From the IMG/VR virus record IMGVR_UViG_3300044513_000191, positions 1 through 30,239 of that record: 30,239 nt of DNA; one strand, written 5' to 3'. Positions 16,344 to 24,434 of the stretch are shown here, piece after piece. The notes under the pieces are model-generated. The model saw only the letters and a list, made by a program, of their open reading frames with translations. It was not told the DNA's origin and made no database searches. Source of the stretch: a virus. Taxonomy: Duplodnaviria; Caudoviricetes. Position 1 is the first letter of the stretch, and each line of letters opens with the position of its first letter. The position numbers and the translations under genes were made by a program.

Positions 16344-16402
16344 AAATAGTTATTTTAATTGATTTATTATTATATTTAGTTGTGTAATATACATTTTTTA
16401 TT

Positions 16403-16915
16403 TTACAGTTTTGCGAGTTCATCAGCAACTTTTTTAGATACTTTGTATTTAGTCTTAATTGCATCTATTGAACCACCACCTTTAAGGTATTCTATTGCCT
16501 TACTGTATTCAGGTGTGTTAGTGTTTAACCATTTTAATTCTTCTGTTTTACCACTTGCAGCATTACCATCGTCATCTTCTGCTTGTAAACCAAGTAAAGA
16601 ACCCAATGTGTATCTTCTGTAATAAGTAATACAACTTCCTAACTTCTGTGGATCTGTTATTTCAGGTAGTTTTAAACCACTTATAACGCCCCCTGTTCCA
16701 TCTACACATATTAACTTGCTTACTACCATATCTTCCTCAATTGGTTGCAATAGAAGTAATCTATGTTTGTTTAGTAAAGGTTGTAATTGTTTAATAAGTG
16801 AATTAATGTCAAAATACTTTGATTTGTAAAATGGGTTCTTAGCATCTTTGCTAATCGTTCCAATCTCTTGCTGTAAGTTAAACAGCTTTTCGTTAATACT
16901 TGTTTCTTTGCTCAT
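16403..16915 (-). CDS. ERF-family single-strand annealing protein
   Basis: KNPFYKSKY...QKLGSCITYYRRYTLGSLLGL...DDDG signature. Confidence 0.88.
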   Translation of the reverse strand: MSKETSINEKLFNLQQEIGTISKDAKNPFYKSKYFDINSLIKQLQPLLNKHRLLLLQPIEEDMVVSKLICVDGTGGVISGLKLPEITDPQKLGSCITYYRRYTLGSLLGLQAEDDDGNAASGKTEELKWLNTNTPEYSKAIEYLKGGGSIDAIKTKYKVSKKVADELAKL

Positions 16916-17015
16916 TGTTCTGTTGTGTTAAAATTAATTGATTTTTTAATTGTTGATTTTCGTGTTGCAGTTCTTGTACCTTGCCATAGATTTCTGCATA
17001 TTTTAATTGTTCCAT
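16893..17015 (-). CDS. Hypothetical 40-aa coiled-coil protein (not in track)
   Basis: MEQLKYAEIYGKVQELQHENQQLKNQL...NKY*; ATG 4 nt downstream of a -7 box. Confidence 0.6.
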   Translation of the reverse strand: MEQLKYAEIYGKVQELQHENQQLKNQLILTQQNNEQRNKY

Positions 17016-17019
17016 AGTG

Positions 17020-17050
17020 TAAAGTTATAAAAAAAAATTAACATAACAAA
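17020..17050 (-). promoter_or_regulatory. Host-type promoter overlapping the terminator T-tract
   Basis: TTTG (17050-17047), 19 nt spacer, TAACTTTA (17027-17020). Confidence 0.6.
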
Positions 17051-17080
17051 AAAAAGGGTAAGAAATTAATCCTACCCCTT
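17048..17080 (-). terminator. Rho-independent terminator after ninG
   Basis: GGGTAG...TTACCC stem followed by T8. Confidence 0.75.
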
Positions 17081-17109
17081 TCAAACAAAGAACAATATAC
17101 AAGAAAAAA

Positions 17110-17502
17110 TCAAGTAATCTTTTTCAGCTTTTCGCTGTAATCGTTTATCATATCTTCTAATTCGTAGTTTGTAAACTTGACTATTTCTTTACTTTGTAAA
17201 TATAATACATTTGCAACTTCCGAACCTAAAAAAAGTGAATATTTATATTGTTCTCCTGCTCTATATACATTACAAGCTACGCACTGGGGTTTTACATTAC
17301 GTTCATCCCAGCGTATAGAATAATGTTTCCTACTCATAAAGTGTCCCGCTTGAATTTCTTTCCAATGGAAAGTCTTATTGCAAGTAACACAAGTACAATA
17401 TCCATTGTTGTCCGCATTGCTTCTTCTTATGTATTGACTAAATACCGTATCAAGTTTCTTAACTAGTTTACTTCTTGTAGGTTTTTTAGCTGTTTTAGGC
17501 AT
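17110..17502 (-). CDS. ninG: NinG/Rap-like recombination endonuclease
   Basis: FSQYIR...CVTC...AGHF...RWDERNV-x-x-QC-x-x-CN signature; ATG at 17502. Confidence 0.85.
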   Translation of the reverse strand: MPKTAKKPTRSKLVKKLDTVFSQYIRRSNADNNGYCTCVTCNKTFHWKEIQAGHFMSRKHYSIRWDERNVKPQCVACNVYRAGEQYKYSLFLGSEVANVLYLQSKEIVKFTNYELEDMINDYSEKLKKIT

Positions 17503-17506
17503 TGTC

Positions 17507-17749
17507 TTACGAATCAAGATGATTTAATAATAGTTTACCATCCTGCTCATTAAAACCTTTAATTAACTTATACAAATGCTTACTATCTGATTTAACTTTA
17601 TTTTTTTCTGATTTAGTACTATCAATACCTAAGTTAGTATATGATATAGCATCTAATTCTAAAATACTATCTGTTCTATCTTTTACAGATAATTGAAAAT
17701 CTTTAGCAATTTTTTCTGCTAAATTTCTTATTGTTAAATCTTCTGACAT
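17507..17749 (-). CDS. Hypothetical protein
   Basis: 80 aa ORF; first gene after a host-type promoter. Confidence 0.7.
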   Translation of the reverse strand: MSEDLTIRNLAEKIAKDFQLSVKDRTDSILELDAISYTNLGIDSTKSEKNKVKSDSKHLYKLIKGFNEQDGKLLLNHLDS

Positions 17750-17796
17750 TTATTATATATTTAGTAGTTAATATTAATTACATTCCCACTACCCAC

Positions 17797-17827
17797 CAAA
17801 GTTACTGCGTTTTTTTTTAAAAATCAA
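17797..17827 (-). promoter_or_regulatory. Host-type promoter at the start of the early/replication region
   Basis: Perfect TAACTTTG -7 box (17804-17797) with TTG 20 nt upstream. Confidence 0.65.
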
Positions 17828-17853
17828 TACTTTTGGTAAATAAGTTATAAACA

Positions 17854-17985
17854 CTATCTTCCTTGACCACGATATTTCTTAACGTAGTTTTTAGAAGTTT
17901 TTAATTGTGATTGCTTGTTTTTACTATGGATACCCTTACGTTTAACTTTAACGTTTTTATAGTTAATAACTATTTGCTTTGCCAT
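17854..17985 (-). CDS. 43-aa highly basic peptide ending YRGQGR (not in track)
   Basis: MAKQIVINYKNVKVKRKGIHSKNKQSQLKTSKNYVKKYRGQGR*; TAATG overlap with the holin-like gene. Confidence 0.8.
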   Translation of the reverse strand: MAKQIVINYKNVKVKRKGIHSKNKQSQLKTSKNYVKKYRGQGR

Positions 17986-18401
17986 TACTTATGTTTTGAA
18001 TTACCAAATACTTTTTCAACCCCACGACTACCGAAGTAACCTCCAATAACTATTGAAAGTAAACCTGTAATAGAATCTAAAGGATAGTTAAGATACCATC
18101 CAACTACATAACTAACTGTAAGGAAAACTAATGTTAATGGTCTAACATTAGAAGAAAGCCAAGAACCACTACGTGCATCTGCTACCCAACGTCTTGTAGT
18201 GCCATCTATTTCAGCACGTTCTATATCAAGTTTTTTTAAGGCTATTTGTTTATCTTCATCTGACATTTTAGAACCCCCTATAATGGCTTGTATAACGTTT
18301 CCTGCTAAAGTATCTCCTGCAACTGCTTGTACAACGTCAGGTATCTTATCTAAAAGGAATTGTCCTACTTGGGTATCTTTAAATTTCTTTTTGTCAGACA
18401 T
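17985..18401 (-). CDS. Holin-like membrane protein (3TM/GTA-holin-like)
   Basis: RW-x-AD...W...NVRP, two hydrophobic helices and YFGSRGVEK; adjacent to the endolysin. Confidence 0.7.
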   Translation of the reverse strand: MSDKKKFKDTQVGQFLLDKIPDVVQAVAGDTLAGNVIQAIIGGSKMSDEDKQIALKKLDIERAEIDGTTRRWVADARSGSWLSSNVRPLTLVFLTVSYVVGWYLNYPLDSITGLLSIVIGGYFGSRGVEKVFGNSKHK

Positions 18402-18419
18402 AAGGTACTTCCAACTGTA

Positions 18420-18776
18420 TTAGTAAGTCCAAACAGAGTTTGATTTTGAATCGTCTGTGTCGCAGTGGATAAATCCTTTTGCAACTCCAATACGTTTAAA
18501 TCCTGCTCTGATAAGTGCGTTAAGTATAATGTATCTTTCATTCCCACTACCGACTGCGATATCTGCTGCAACTCCAATAAGGTGGCTTGAATTGGGTACA
18601 CCTCCAACTGCTTTATTGTGGTCTGCTGTTCTGTAACCACTTGTGATTTTAAAGGGTATTCCTGCAAGTTCCCTTGCGTGTTCAAGTTTATAAAGAAAGT
18701 TAATATCCATATTCTTACCCGAATTAGGTAAAGAAGGACAGTCAAACTCTGATAGGGAAAAGTAATTAAAGTTCAT
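18420..18776 (-). CDS. Endolysin, peptidase M15 family
   Basis: YF-x-x-x-EF-x-C, ITSGYR, SSHLIGVAADI and FIHCD zinc motifs; ATG at 18776. Confidence 0.9.
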   Translation of the reverse strand: MNFNYFSLSEFDCPSLPNSGKNMDINFLYKLEHARELAGIPFKITSGYRTADHNKAVGGVPNSSHLIGVAADIAVGSGNERYIILNALIRAGFKRIGVAKGFIHCDTDDSKSNSVWTY

Positions 18777-18931
18777 ACAAATATATTGTATAATATTTTC
18801 CAAATAAGAAAGAAAGCTACAATACCTACAAAGATTACTTTGCCTTTGTCAAACATATATTTGCTTTCCCAATTAGAAACCACCCAATCTTTGGCAGCTT
18901 CTTTTATTATTGACCAATATTTTTTTATCAT
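18773..18931 (-). CDS. 52-aa membrane protein in the lysis cassette (not in track)
   Basis: MIKKYWSIIKEAAKDW...KVIFVGIVAFFLIWKILYNIFV*; ATGA overlaps at both ends. Confidence 0.7.
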   Translation of the reverse strand: MIKKYWSIIKEAAKDWVVSNWESKYMFDKGKVIFVGIVAFFLIWKILYNIFV

Positions 18932-19212
18932 CTTCTTTTGTCTTTTTGTAAATACTCAAGGTCTTTCATAAAATCTCTCATCTCTAAAGTAATCTCTCTT
19001 ACTTCAGCTTCAAGTTTTCTCTGATTTTTCCAAGTATATTCCTTTTCGTTATACTTTAGCTTTTTAACCTCCGCTGTGTTAGTATCTATCTTGGCACTTA
19101 ACGTATAGTAAGAACCTATAATAGAAGCAAACATTACAGCAATAGTAATTATTTGTGATATACTAATTGAAACGTCTGCTTTACCGTCTCCGTCTAAATC
19201 AATCTTTGCCAT
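18928..19212 (-). CDS. Single-pass membrane protein with a coiled coil (lysis-associated, i-spanin-like topology)
   Basis: 94 aa; DLDGDGKAD, then a TM helix, then a heptad-rich C-terminus. Confidence 0.6.
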   Translation of the reverse strand: MAKIDLDGDGKADVSISISQIITIAVMFASIIGSYYTLSAKIDTNTAEVKKLKYNEKEYTWKNQRKLEAEVREITLEMRDFMKDLEYLQKDKRR

Positions 19213-19352
19213 TATTTCAGTTTTTTATATATTGAAATTAAAGTATATCCGATAGCTAATACTAAAGATACTGTTTGTAGTATTGGGTTTGCTTCTGAAA
19301 CACTTAACCCAAGTGCGAATATATTAGTAAAAGCTATCTTCAAATCTTGCAT
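19212..19352 (-). CDS. 46-aa holin-like membrane peptide (not in track)
   Basis: MQDLKIAFTNIFALGLSVSEANPILQTVSLVLAIGYTLISIYKKLK*; TAATG overlaps at both ends; basic C-terminus. Confidence 0.7.
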   Translation of the reverse strand: MQDLKIAFTNIFALGLSVSEANPILQTVSLVLAIGYTLISIYKKLK

Positions 19353-20365
19353 TATGCTATTGCTAAATAGATGTATGTATTAAATGAGTTATTGAAATAA
19401 TTACTATTAAAAGAAAACCCGTCAGATTCAAAATCTACACTATAAGTTGTCGGACTTAATATTGTATCGGGATGTAATGTGTTTGCCTTTGCAAAAATAT
19501 TTCTTGGGTCACTTGGGTTTCTTTTGTCATCAAGAATATACCATTCATCAGTATGAGTATGTGATTTTATCATTAAAAAACTTGGCTGAAATCCGATAGT
19601 TTGTTTATTTCCCGCTCCATTTGAACCTACATAACTACCTATTTTTTGAACCCCATCAACCGAATGGAATGCATAACCAAAAGAATCTTTACCATTTGAA
19701 TTGACGGAATTGTCCGTACCTATTGTAAAAACACTATCCGTTGGGCTTGTATTTGCAAAATATTGTGAACCAAATTGTTTTGAAATTGTTTGATTTATAC
19801 TAAGTCGATAAGTAGGCCCTATTGGTTGCGCATAAACACTCCAATCATAATTTGCATCTTCGTTCCCTATTATAATGAGTTCAGGGGCTTGACTAAGCCC
19901 GTGTCCAACTGTTGCGCCACTCGTACCATTTCCTCGGTATTTAAAAATACTGAATCCGTTGGAAGCCGATACTGTTGAAGCAATAGTCCCGTTTGTGTTT
20001 GAATCTGTCGAATTACTAGCCTTCCAACACCAAGCGACATAAGGTTCACCACTTACATTTGTCCAAGGAAAAGAATATGCATCATTTAAGGTAAAACCAT
20101 TTGGATCAAAACTCATTAATCCATTAATTGTTGAACTGATTGATTGTGAAGAAAATTTAGCTCCTTTTGTTGCACCCCTAATTATATCATAAATAGGATG
20201 GTGAACATATTGATTTCTTGAAGCAATCCAAACAAAATCAGGCTGAAAACTTAATGTGGTAATTGGATTACTACTTCCCGTTCCCGTATAAAGAACGGTA
20301 TCAAATATAAAATTATCAGCACCCGAAGCACCAACTTGGTCAATAAGTCTTTTATTTAATCCCAT
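19352..20365 (-). CDS. Putative fibre tip/receptor-binding protein of the aquatic-phage YTGxG...FQPDFVW family
   Basis: Three related units (YTGTG..FQPDFVWI; YRGNG..HGLSQAPELII; YVGSN..GFQPSFLMIK); ends YIYLAIA. Confidence 0.65.
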   Translation of the reverse strand: MGLNKRLIDQVGASGADNFIFDTVLYTGTGSSNPITTLSFQPDFVWIASRNQYVHHPIYDIIRGATKGAKFSSQSISSTINGLMSFDPNGFTLNDAYSFPWTNVSGEPYVAWCWKASNSTDSNTNGTIASTVSASNGFSIFKYRGNGTSGATVGHGLSQAPELIIIGNEDANYDWSVYAQPIGPTYRLSINQTISKQFGSQYFANTSPTDSVFTIGTDNSVNSNGKDSFGYAFHSVDGVQKIGSYVGSNGAGNKQTIGFQPSFLMIKSHTHTDEWYILDDKRNPSDPRNIFAKANTLHPDTILSPTTYSVDFESDGFSFNSNYFNNSFNTYIYLAIA

Positions 20366-20827
20366 TTATATAAAATTTGGAAGTTCGTAATCAATAACAC
20401 TTGCCTTTGTTGTTAAATTATTAATTTCATTTTCTTTTGAAGTACATTCTATACGAAGTTGCGACCTTTTGTCCGCGATACTTTGTGGAACAGAAATCCC
20501 TTCTTGTCCTCGTATTATATACCAATCAGTCTTTGCAAGTTTTGAATTGTACAATGATTTAAGATTTTCAATCTTTTGTTCTTTTAATTCTGCAACTGTT
20601 TGGGTATATGTTCTTGATTCAACGGGATAAGTGAACACTTGATTGTCAGTATCAAAATAAATGTCGCCAAGTTGTTCAGATTGTTTTGTTATTGGTCTTA
20701 CAACATCGTAAAATCCAAGACCTTTTAAATCTTCATTTGACATATAATTTACCCCAAGGATATTTCCCCAAGTTTTTGGAACTGAATTGTAAGTCTTAAT
20801 TGTACCGTTTAAGTTTATTCCTTTCAT
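20366..20827 (-). CDS. Putative fibre assembly chaperone/accessory protein
   Basis: LAKTDWYIIR...IADKRSQLR motif typical of phage fibre assembly proteins; between two fibre genes. Confidence 0.55.
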   Translation of the reverse strand: MKGINLNGTIKTYNSVPKTWGNILGVNYMSNEDLKGLGFYDVVRPITKQSEQLGDIYFDTDNQVFTYPVESRTYTQTVAELKEQKIENLKSLYNSKLAKTDWYIIRGQEGISVPQSIADKRSQLRIECTSKENEINNLTTKASVIDYELPNFI

Positions 20828-20839
20828 TTTTTTATATTT

Positions 20840-21466
20840 TTAAGATGGATCTGTGTCGCTTACGTAAGTTGCAACCGAATAAATTAGAATTGCATCGGCA
20901 TCGTTGTCGTCAATACATATTACTTGAATATGGTTTGAAGATGCACCATCGTAAACACCGCTACCCGCTTGGTTGATTGCTGAAGTTGTGAAGTCATCCG
21001 CCATTGTAATGGTTTGCGCTCCCGTTACAAGAATATCAATCACTTGTCCCTTCTTAATGTTTTGAATGTTTAATGTCGTTGCACCGGTAAGTGCTGAAGT
21101 CAATTCAAATATTCCATAAGAAGAAGAATCCAAGTTAATTGTTCCACTTGTTGTTGCAATGTCTTGTTTCGCCGTAAAACGTGGTGCAAGTTCATCGTGG
21201 TCAACAACATCATTTGCTATTGTTAGCGCACCCGCTCCGGTTACATCACCTGTATGAGTTGCATTGTATTGATTTATCGTTCCTTGAGCAATGTCATCTG
21301 AATCTAATACAACTACGCCTGTTTGCCCATTTACCGAATCTACGTCCCCTGCATCGTCTGAATACAGTTCTGTGAAGTTATCATTCACCTTGTCGAAGGC
21401 AGTTCTTAAAGGGTCTCCTGTGCCATCATTAGCAACTGTACCAATATTAATTGTTTGTTTAGCCAT
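20840..21466 (-). CDS. Fibre protein with a T4 gp9/gp10-like N-terminal attachment domain
   Basis: MAKQTINIGTVANDGTGDPLRTAFDKVNDNFTELY resembles the T4 gp10 N-terminus; also has SVNGQTGVVVL and HTGDVTG fibre motifs. Confidence 0.75.
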   Translation of the reverse strand: MAKQTINIGTVANDGTGDPLRTAFDKVNDNFTELYSDDAGDVDSVNGQTGVVVLDSDDIAQGTINQYNATHTGDVTGAGALTIANDVVDHDELAPRFTAKQDIATTSGTINLDSSSYGIFELTSALTGATTLNIQNIKKGQVIDILVTGAQTITMADDFTTSAINQAGSGVYDGASSNHIQVICIDDNDADAILIYSVATYVSDTDPS

Positions 21467-21477
21467 TTTTTATTTTT

Positions 21478-21666
21478 TTATTCTTCTGTTGCATCTGCTG
21501 TATAAATTGTTGTGTCCGCAAAAACATTTGTATCATCGGCAGATAATAATAAAACTCCTGCCCAACAAGTTGGTGCTGAATATAAAGGTATTGCATCAGT
21601 AGTTTCTGCTGTATCGCCAAACCACGTAGAACAATATATCTTTCCCCAATTTATGTTATTTGCCAT
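21478..21666 (-). CDS. 62-aa structural adaptor candidate with a C-terminal AD heptad repeat
   Basis: WGKIYCSTWFG N-terminus, SADDTNV-FADTTIY-TADA C-terminus; first gene after a late promoter motif. Confidence 0.7.
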   Translation of the reverse strand: MANNINWGKIYCSTWFGDTAETTDAIPLYSAPTCWAGVLLLSADDTNVFADTTIYTADATEE

Positions 21667-21766
21667 ATTTAATACAATTAGTTTTTTTGCTTTTTGTTAT
21701 ATAAGCTAAGTATTGTTTTAACTTATTTACGTTTTCTTCTTTTGGTTTGTATTTTAAAGCACCCAT
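21656..21766 (-). CDS. Possible 36-aa basic peptide (not in track)
   Basis: MGALKYKPKEENVNKLKQYL...YGK*; overlaps the adaptor stop and a promoter motif. Confidence 0.45.
   Translation of the reverse strand: MGALKYKPKEENVNKLKQYLAYITKSKKTNCIKYGK
21674..21699 (-). promoter_or_regulatory. Late promoter motif copy 3, upstream of the fibre/lysis genes
   Basis: Plus strand acaatta-13 nt-ttgtta; 7 nt from ATG 21666. Confidence 0.72.
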
Positions 21767-22257
21767 CCCTCGAAACTTGCATCTTTGTCAGGATATATAT
21801 CCTCGTTATTATTTGTATAGTATTCAGGAAACTTTGAACTAGCATTAAAACTCATATAAGATATAAATCTATCTGTATAATATTGTGCAATATCACGTTC
21901 TTTTTCCATTAAGAAATCTACTTCTTCTTTTGATACGTTTTCAGCATTCTCTGAACTATGCTTATAAACGCCCTTATTAGCGATTGTATATGCTGCAAAG
22001 GGTAAGTATTCAACCATTGCCCAATGTATCAACATAGGCTTTATATAGTCCGTTACAAGGCTTAAATAATCCCCTGTCAAAGTACTATTTGTAATTTTAG
22101 TTTGTATAGCTTTTAAAAGTTCAGTTCCTACATAATTTTGGATATGTACATCTTGAGCAATCTTTATGTACTGAATAAATTTATCAGTATCTACATTACC
22201 ATTCATTGCAGTAAACTTTACTACGTCTTTTCTAGTTATTAATAATGCTTCTGCCAT
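21754..22257 (-). CDS. Putative head-tail adaptor protein
   Basis: 167 aa helical protein directly after the portal; GNVDTDK...AQDVHIQNYVGTEL. Confidence 0.6.
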   Translation of the reverse strand: MAEALLITRKDVVKFTAMNGNVDTDKFIQYIKIAQDVHIQNYVGTELLKAIQTKITNSTLTGDYLSLVTDYIKPMLIHWAMVEYLPFAAYTIANKGVYKHSSENAENVSKEEVDFLMEKERDIAQYYTDRFISYMSFNASSKFPEYYTNNNEDIYPDKDASFEGWVL

Positions 22258-22260
22258 TTT

Positions 22261-24000
22261 TTATTTATTTACAAATCCTTGATTAGGCATATCCTTGGGT
22301 CGTTTTGCCACTTTAGGGTCGTTTGTTTCAGGTTTAAAACCTTCCTTTTTTGCTTTGTTTACACTTACTTCTGCATTTGGATTAGTTGCATCAGGTTGTA
22401 CATCTTTAGCCATATATGTTTTACGCATCCAAAAATGATGACAAGCACCACCTCCTTTATAAAGCCAAATATCATAAGTAGCTGCTCCGCTTAATCCCCA
22501 ACCTGCATTTACAGCTTTAGTACTCATTTGTGTAATATCTTCTTTACGATAAATCTTTTTAGCACTTACCATTTTCTTACAAAAATCTCTACTGTTTGCT
22601 TGTGTTTTTAATGGTGCATATTGATAACGTACTTTAAAACGCATATTATCTGCTTCTCCATCTTGTTCACTTTTAGCATTTGGTCTCGCGGTTCCTGTTG
22701 AAGCTAAACCAATCATTTTATCTAATGTTTCTTCTTGGTCATAGTCTACTTCACGTTCATCTACTAATTCCCAATTTTCTAAATCTTCTTCTTCTCCAAA
22801 CTCACTAAGTAAATCAAACATTTCATTGTCGTCAAAACTTTCTTCTTTAGATAATGTTAGTTCATCTTTTACTCCTGTTTCTTCTTCACGTGCTTCATCC
22901 GTAATAGCATTATCAGTTTCAATAAATGCTAAAGGTTGTAAAGTCTTAAAGTAAAGTTTTAAACTAATACCATTAACCGCTAAAATATCGTCTAGGGCAT
23001 CACAAATTAGTTCTTGATAAGGTTTTATAGTTATATTGTCAAAAAGTAGCGCAGCGGTCTTTATTTCGTCTGCATTAGAGCCTAAACCATTGTTTTCTGT
23101 TCTAATTCCTAAAAGTAAAGGACTTGTTACCCTGTGTGCTACAATTAACTTATTAGAACATTCATTTGAAAGGTACTCGTAGTGTTGAGGTGCATCGTTT
23201 AATGGAATGTCATCAACAGTAGTTTTAGATTCTGCATTATTGTTAAATGCAATTACTACTTTTTCTCCACGTGCTCCTGTCAATTTACGCATTACATCGT
23301 TCTTGACTTGTATCTGTTTTTCTTTATCAGGTACACCATTGTTAAAGTTTACTACCTTTGTACCACTAAATCCATTTTGTACATCATTAATAAGGTAATC
23401 AGATACTTCACTTTCTAGTTCTGCATAAGCTAAACCACCTTGATAATCTACAGGACAATAATAGTCATATCCTGAAACATATTTTTTAATAATTTTTATT
23501 TCAGGTTCAGTACCATTTCCGAATCCAAATGCTGCGATTCTTTTAGGTTTATCACTTCTTTTAAGTTTTGCCCAATCGTGATAGTAGTAGTATGCTTCTA
23601 TTTGTCCATCTTCATTACATTTTTCTGCTCGTAATGTTTGTCTTGGAAAATGCTCTCCTTTTACTACTTTTTTATCTTTGTAAAGAACCTGTATAGAACC
23701 TTCTCCTAATAATTTTAAATCAAGTGTTATTTTTCTTAAACAACTATCAGAAAATATAGAACGCATTGCAGCGTATTCATTTGGTTTTTTATTACTATCT
23801 AGTGCATCTAATCCTTTACCATAAATCATATTACTAACACCATTAATAATAGCATTGTTAGTTGTTGAATTAGTGTAAAGTTCAATTAAATAAGAATAGT
23901 AATCGTTATCTTCTCCATAATCTACCCAATCACGATTTTTATCTTCGCTGATTTTAGGTCTATTGTATGAAGCTAAATTAACTATATGTAAGTTATCCAT
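22261..24000 (-). CDS. Portal protein with a C-terminal extension
   Basis: W-x-x-YG-x-DN-x-Y, NGFSG...G-x-x-G-x-K and HRVTSPLLLGI motifs; acidic linker, then an SRxFC...YKGGGACHHFW domain. Confidence 0.8.
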   Translation of the reverse strand: MDNLHIVNLASYNRPKISEDKNRDWVDYGEDNDYYSYLIELYTNSTTNNAIINGVSNMIYGKGLDALDSNKKPNEYAAMRSIFSDSCLRKITLDLKLLGEGSIQVLYKDKKVVKGEHFPRQTLRAEKCNEDGQIEAYYYYHDWAKLKRSDKPKRIAAFGFGNGTEPEIKIIKKYVSGYDYYCPVDYQGGLAYAELESEVSDYLINDVQNGFSGTKVVNFNNGVPDKEKQIQVKNDVMRKLTGARGEKVVIAFNNNAESKTTVDDIPLNDAPQHYEYLSNECSNKLIVAHRVTSPLLLGIRTENNGLGSNADEIKTAALLFDNITIKPYQELICDALDDILAVNGISLKLYFKTLQPLAFIETDNAITDEAREEETGVKDELTLSKEESFDDNEMFDLLSEFGEEEDLENWELVDEREVDYDQEETLDKMIGLASTGTARPNAKSEQDGEADNMRFKVRYQYAPLKTQANSRDFCKKMVSAKKIYRKEDITQMSTKAVNAGWGLSGAATYDIWLYKGGGACHHFWMRKTYMAKDVQPDATNPNAEVSVNKAKKEGFKPETNDPKVAKRPKDMPNQGFVNK

Positions 24001-24341
24001 TATACTGTAATAAATTCGTTATCTGTATCGTTAAAAATATATGCACCTTCATTTACACTATAAGAAGTAACATCCGCTTGATTAGTGCAAAAGATTTTGT
24101 CTTTATATACTACTTCGCTTCCTGTTACAGTTATTGTATAGGTTATATCTTGCTTTACTGGAAACACCGCACTAAATTGATTGTGATATAAGTGTTCTGT
24201 GATTTCAGTAGTATCTTGGTTATACACTTCTGTATTTGTGGTTTCATTTATAATAGTTACATTATAAGTATCTCCACTTACAAATTGACGTGGTATAAAA
24301 TTAATTGTTTGTGCTGATGCACTTTCTTCTAATACTATCAT
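24000..24341 (-). CDS. Small structural protein
   Basis: 113 aa beta-rich (VYKDKIFCTNQ); first gene after a late promoter motif; TAATG overlap with the portal. Confidence 0.55.
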   Translation of the reverse strand: MIVLEESASAQTINFIPRQFVSGDTYNVTIINETTNTEVYNQDTTEITEHLYHNQFSAVFPVKQDITYTITVTGSEVVYKDKIFCTNQADVTSYSVNEGAYIFNDTDNEFITV

Positions 24342-24347
24342 ATATAT

Positions 24348-24373
24348 ACAATAATATTATTTGTTTTTTGTTA
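24348..24373 (-). promoter_or_regulatory. Late promoter motif copy 4, upstream of the portal operon
   Basis: Plus strand acaataa-13 nt-ttgtta; 6 nt from ATG 24341. Confidence 0.75.
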
Positions 24374-24385
24374 TTTATAAAGCAT

Positions 24386-24411
24386 AAAAAAGGGCAGCAT
24401 ATAGCCACCCT
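24386..24411 (-). terminator. Rho-independent terminator after the tail tube gene
   Basis: AGGGTGGC-TATAT-GCTGCCCT followed by a T-tract. Confidence 0.8.
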
Positions 24412-24434
24412 AATTTATCAAAATGAAACTCGGT

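Noticed and set aside
16362-16392. TTATTATATTTAGT resembling 17750-17765, plus a TATATTAC -7-like box
   Set aside because: Low-complexity AT sequence in only two copies; cannot be told from chance or generic A-rich leaders.
19870-20052. 60-aa nested ORF in the fibre tip gene
   Set aside because: Short, off-frame, no supporting signals.
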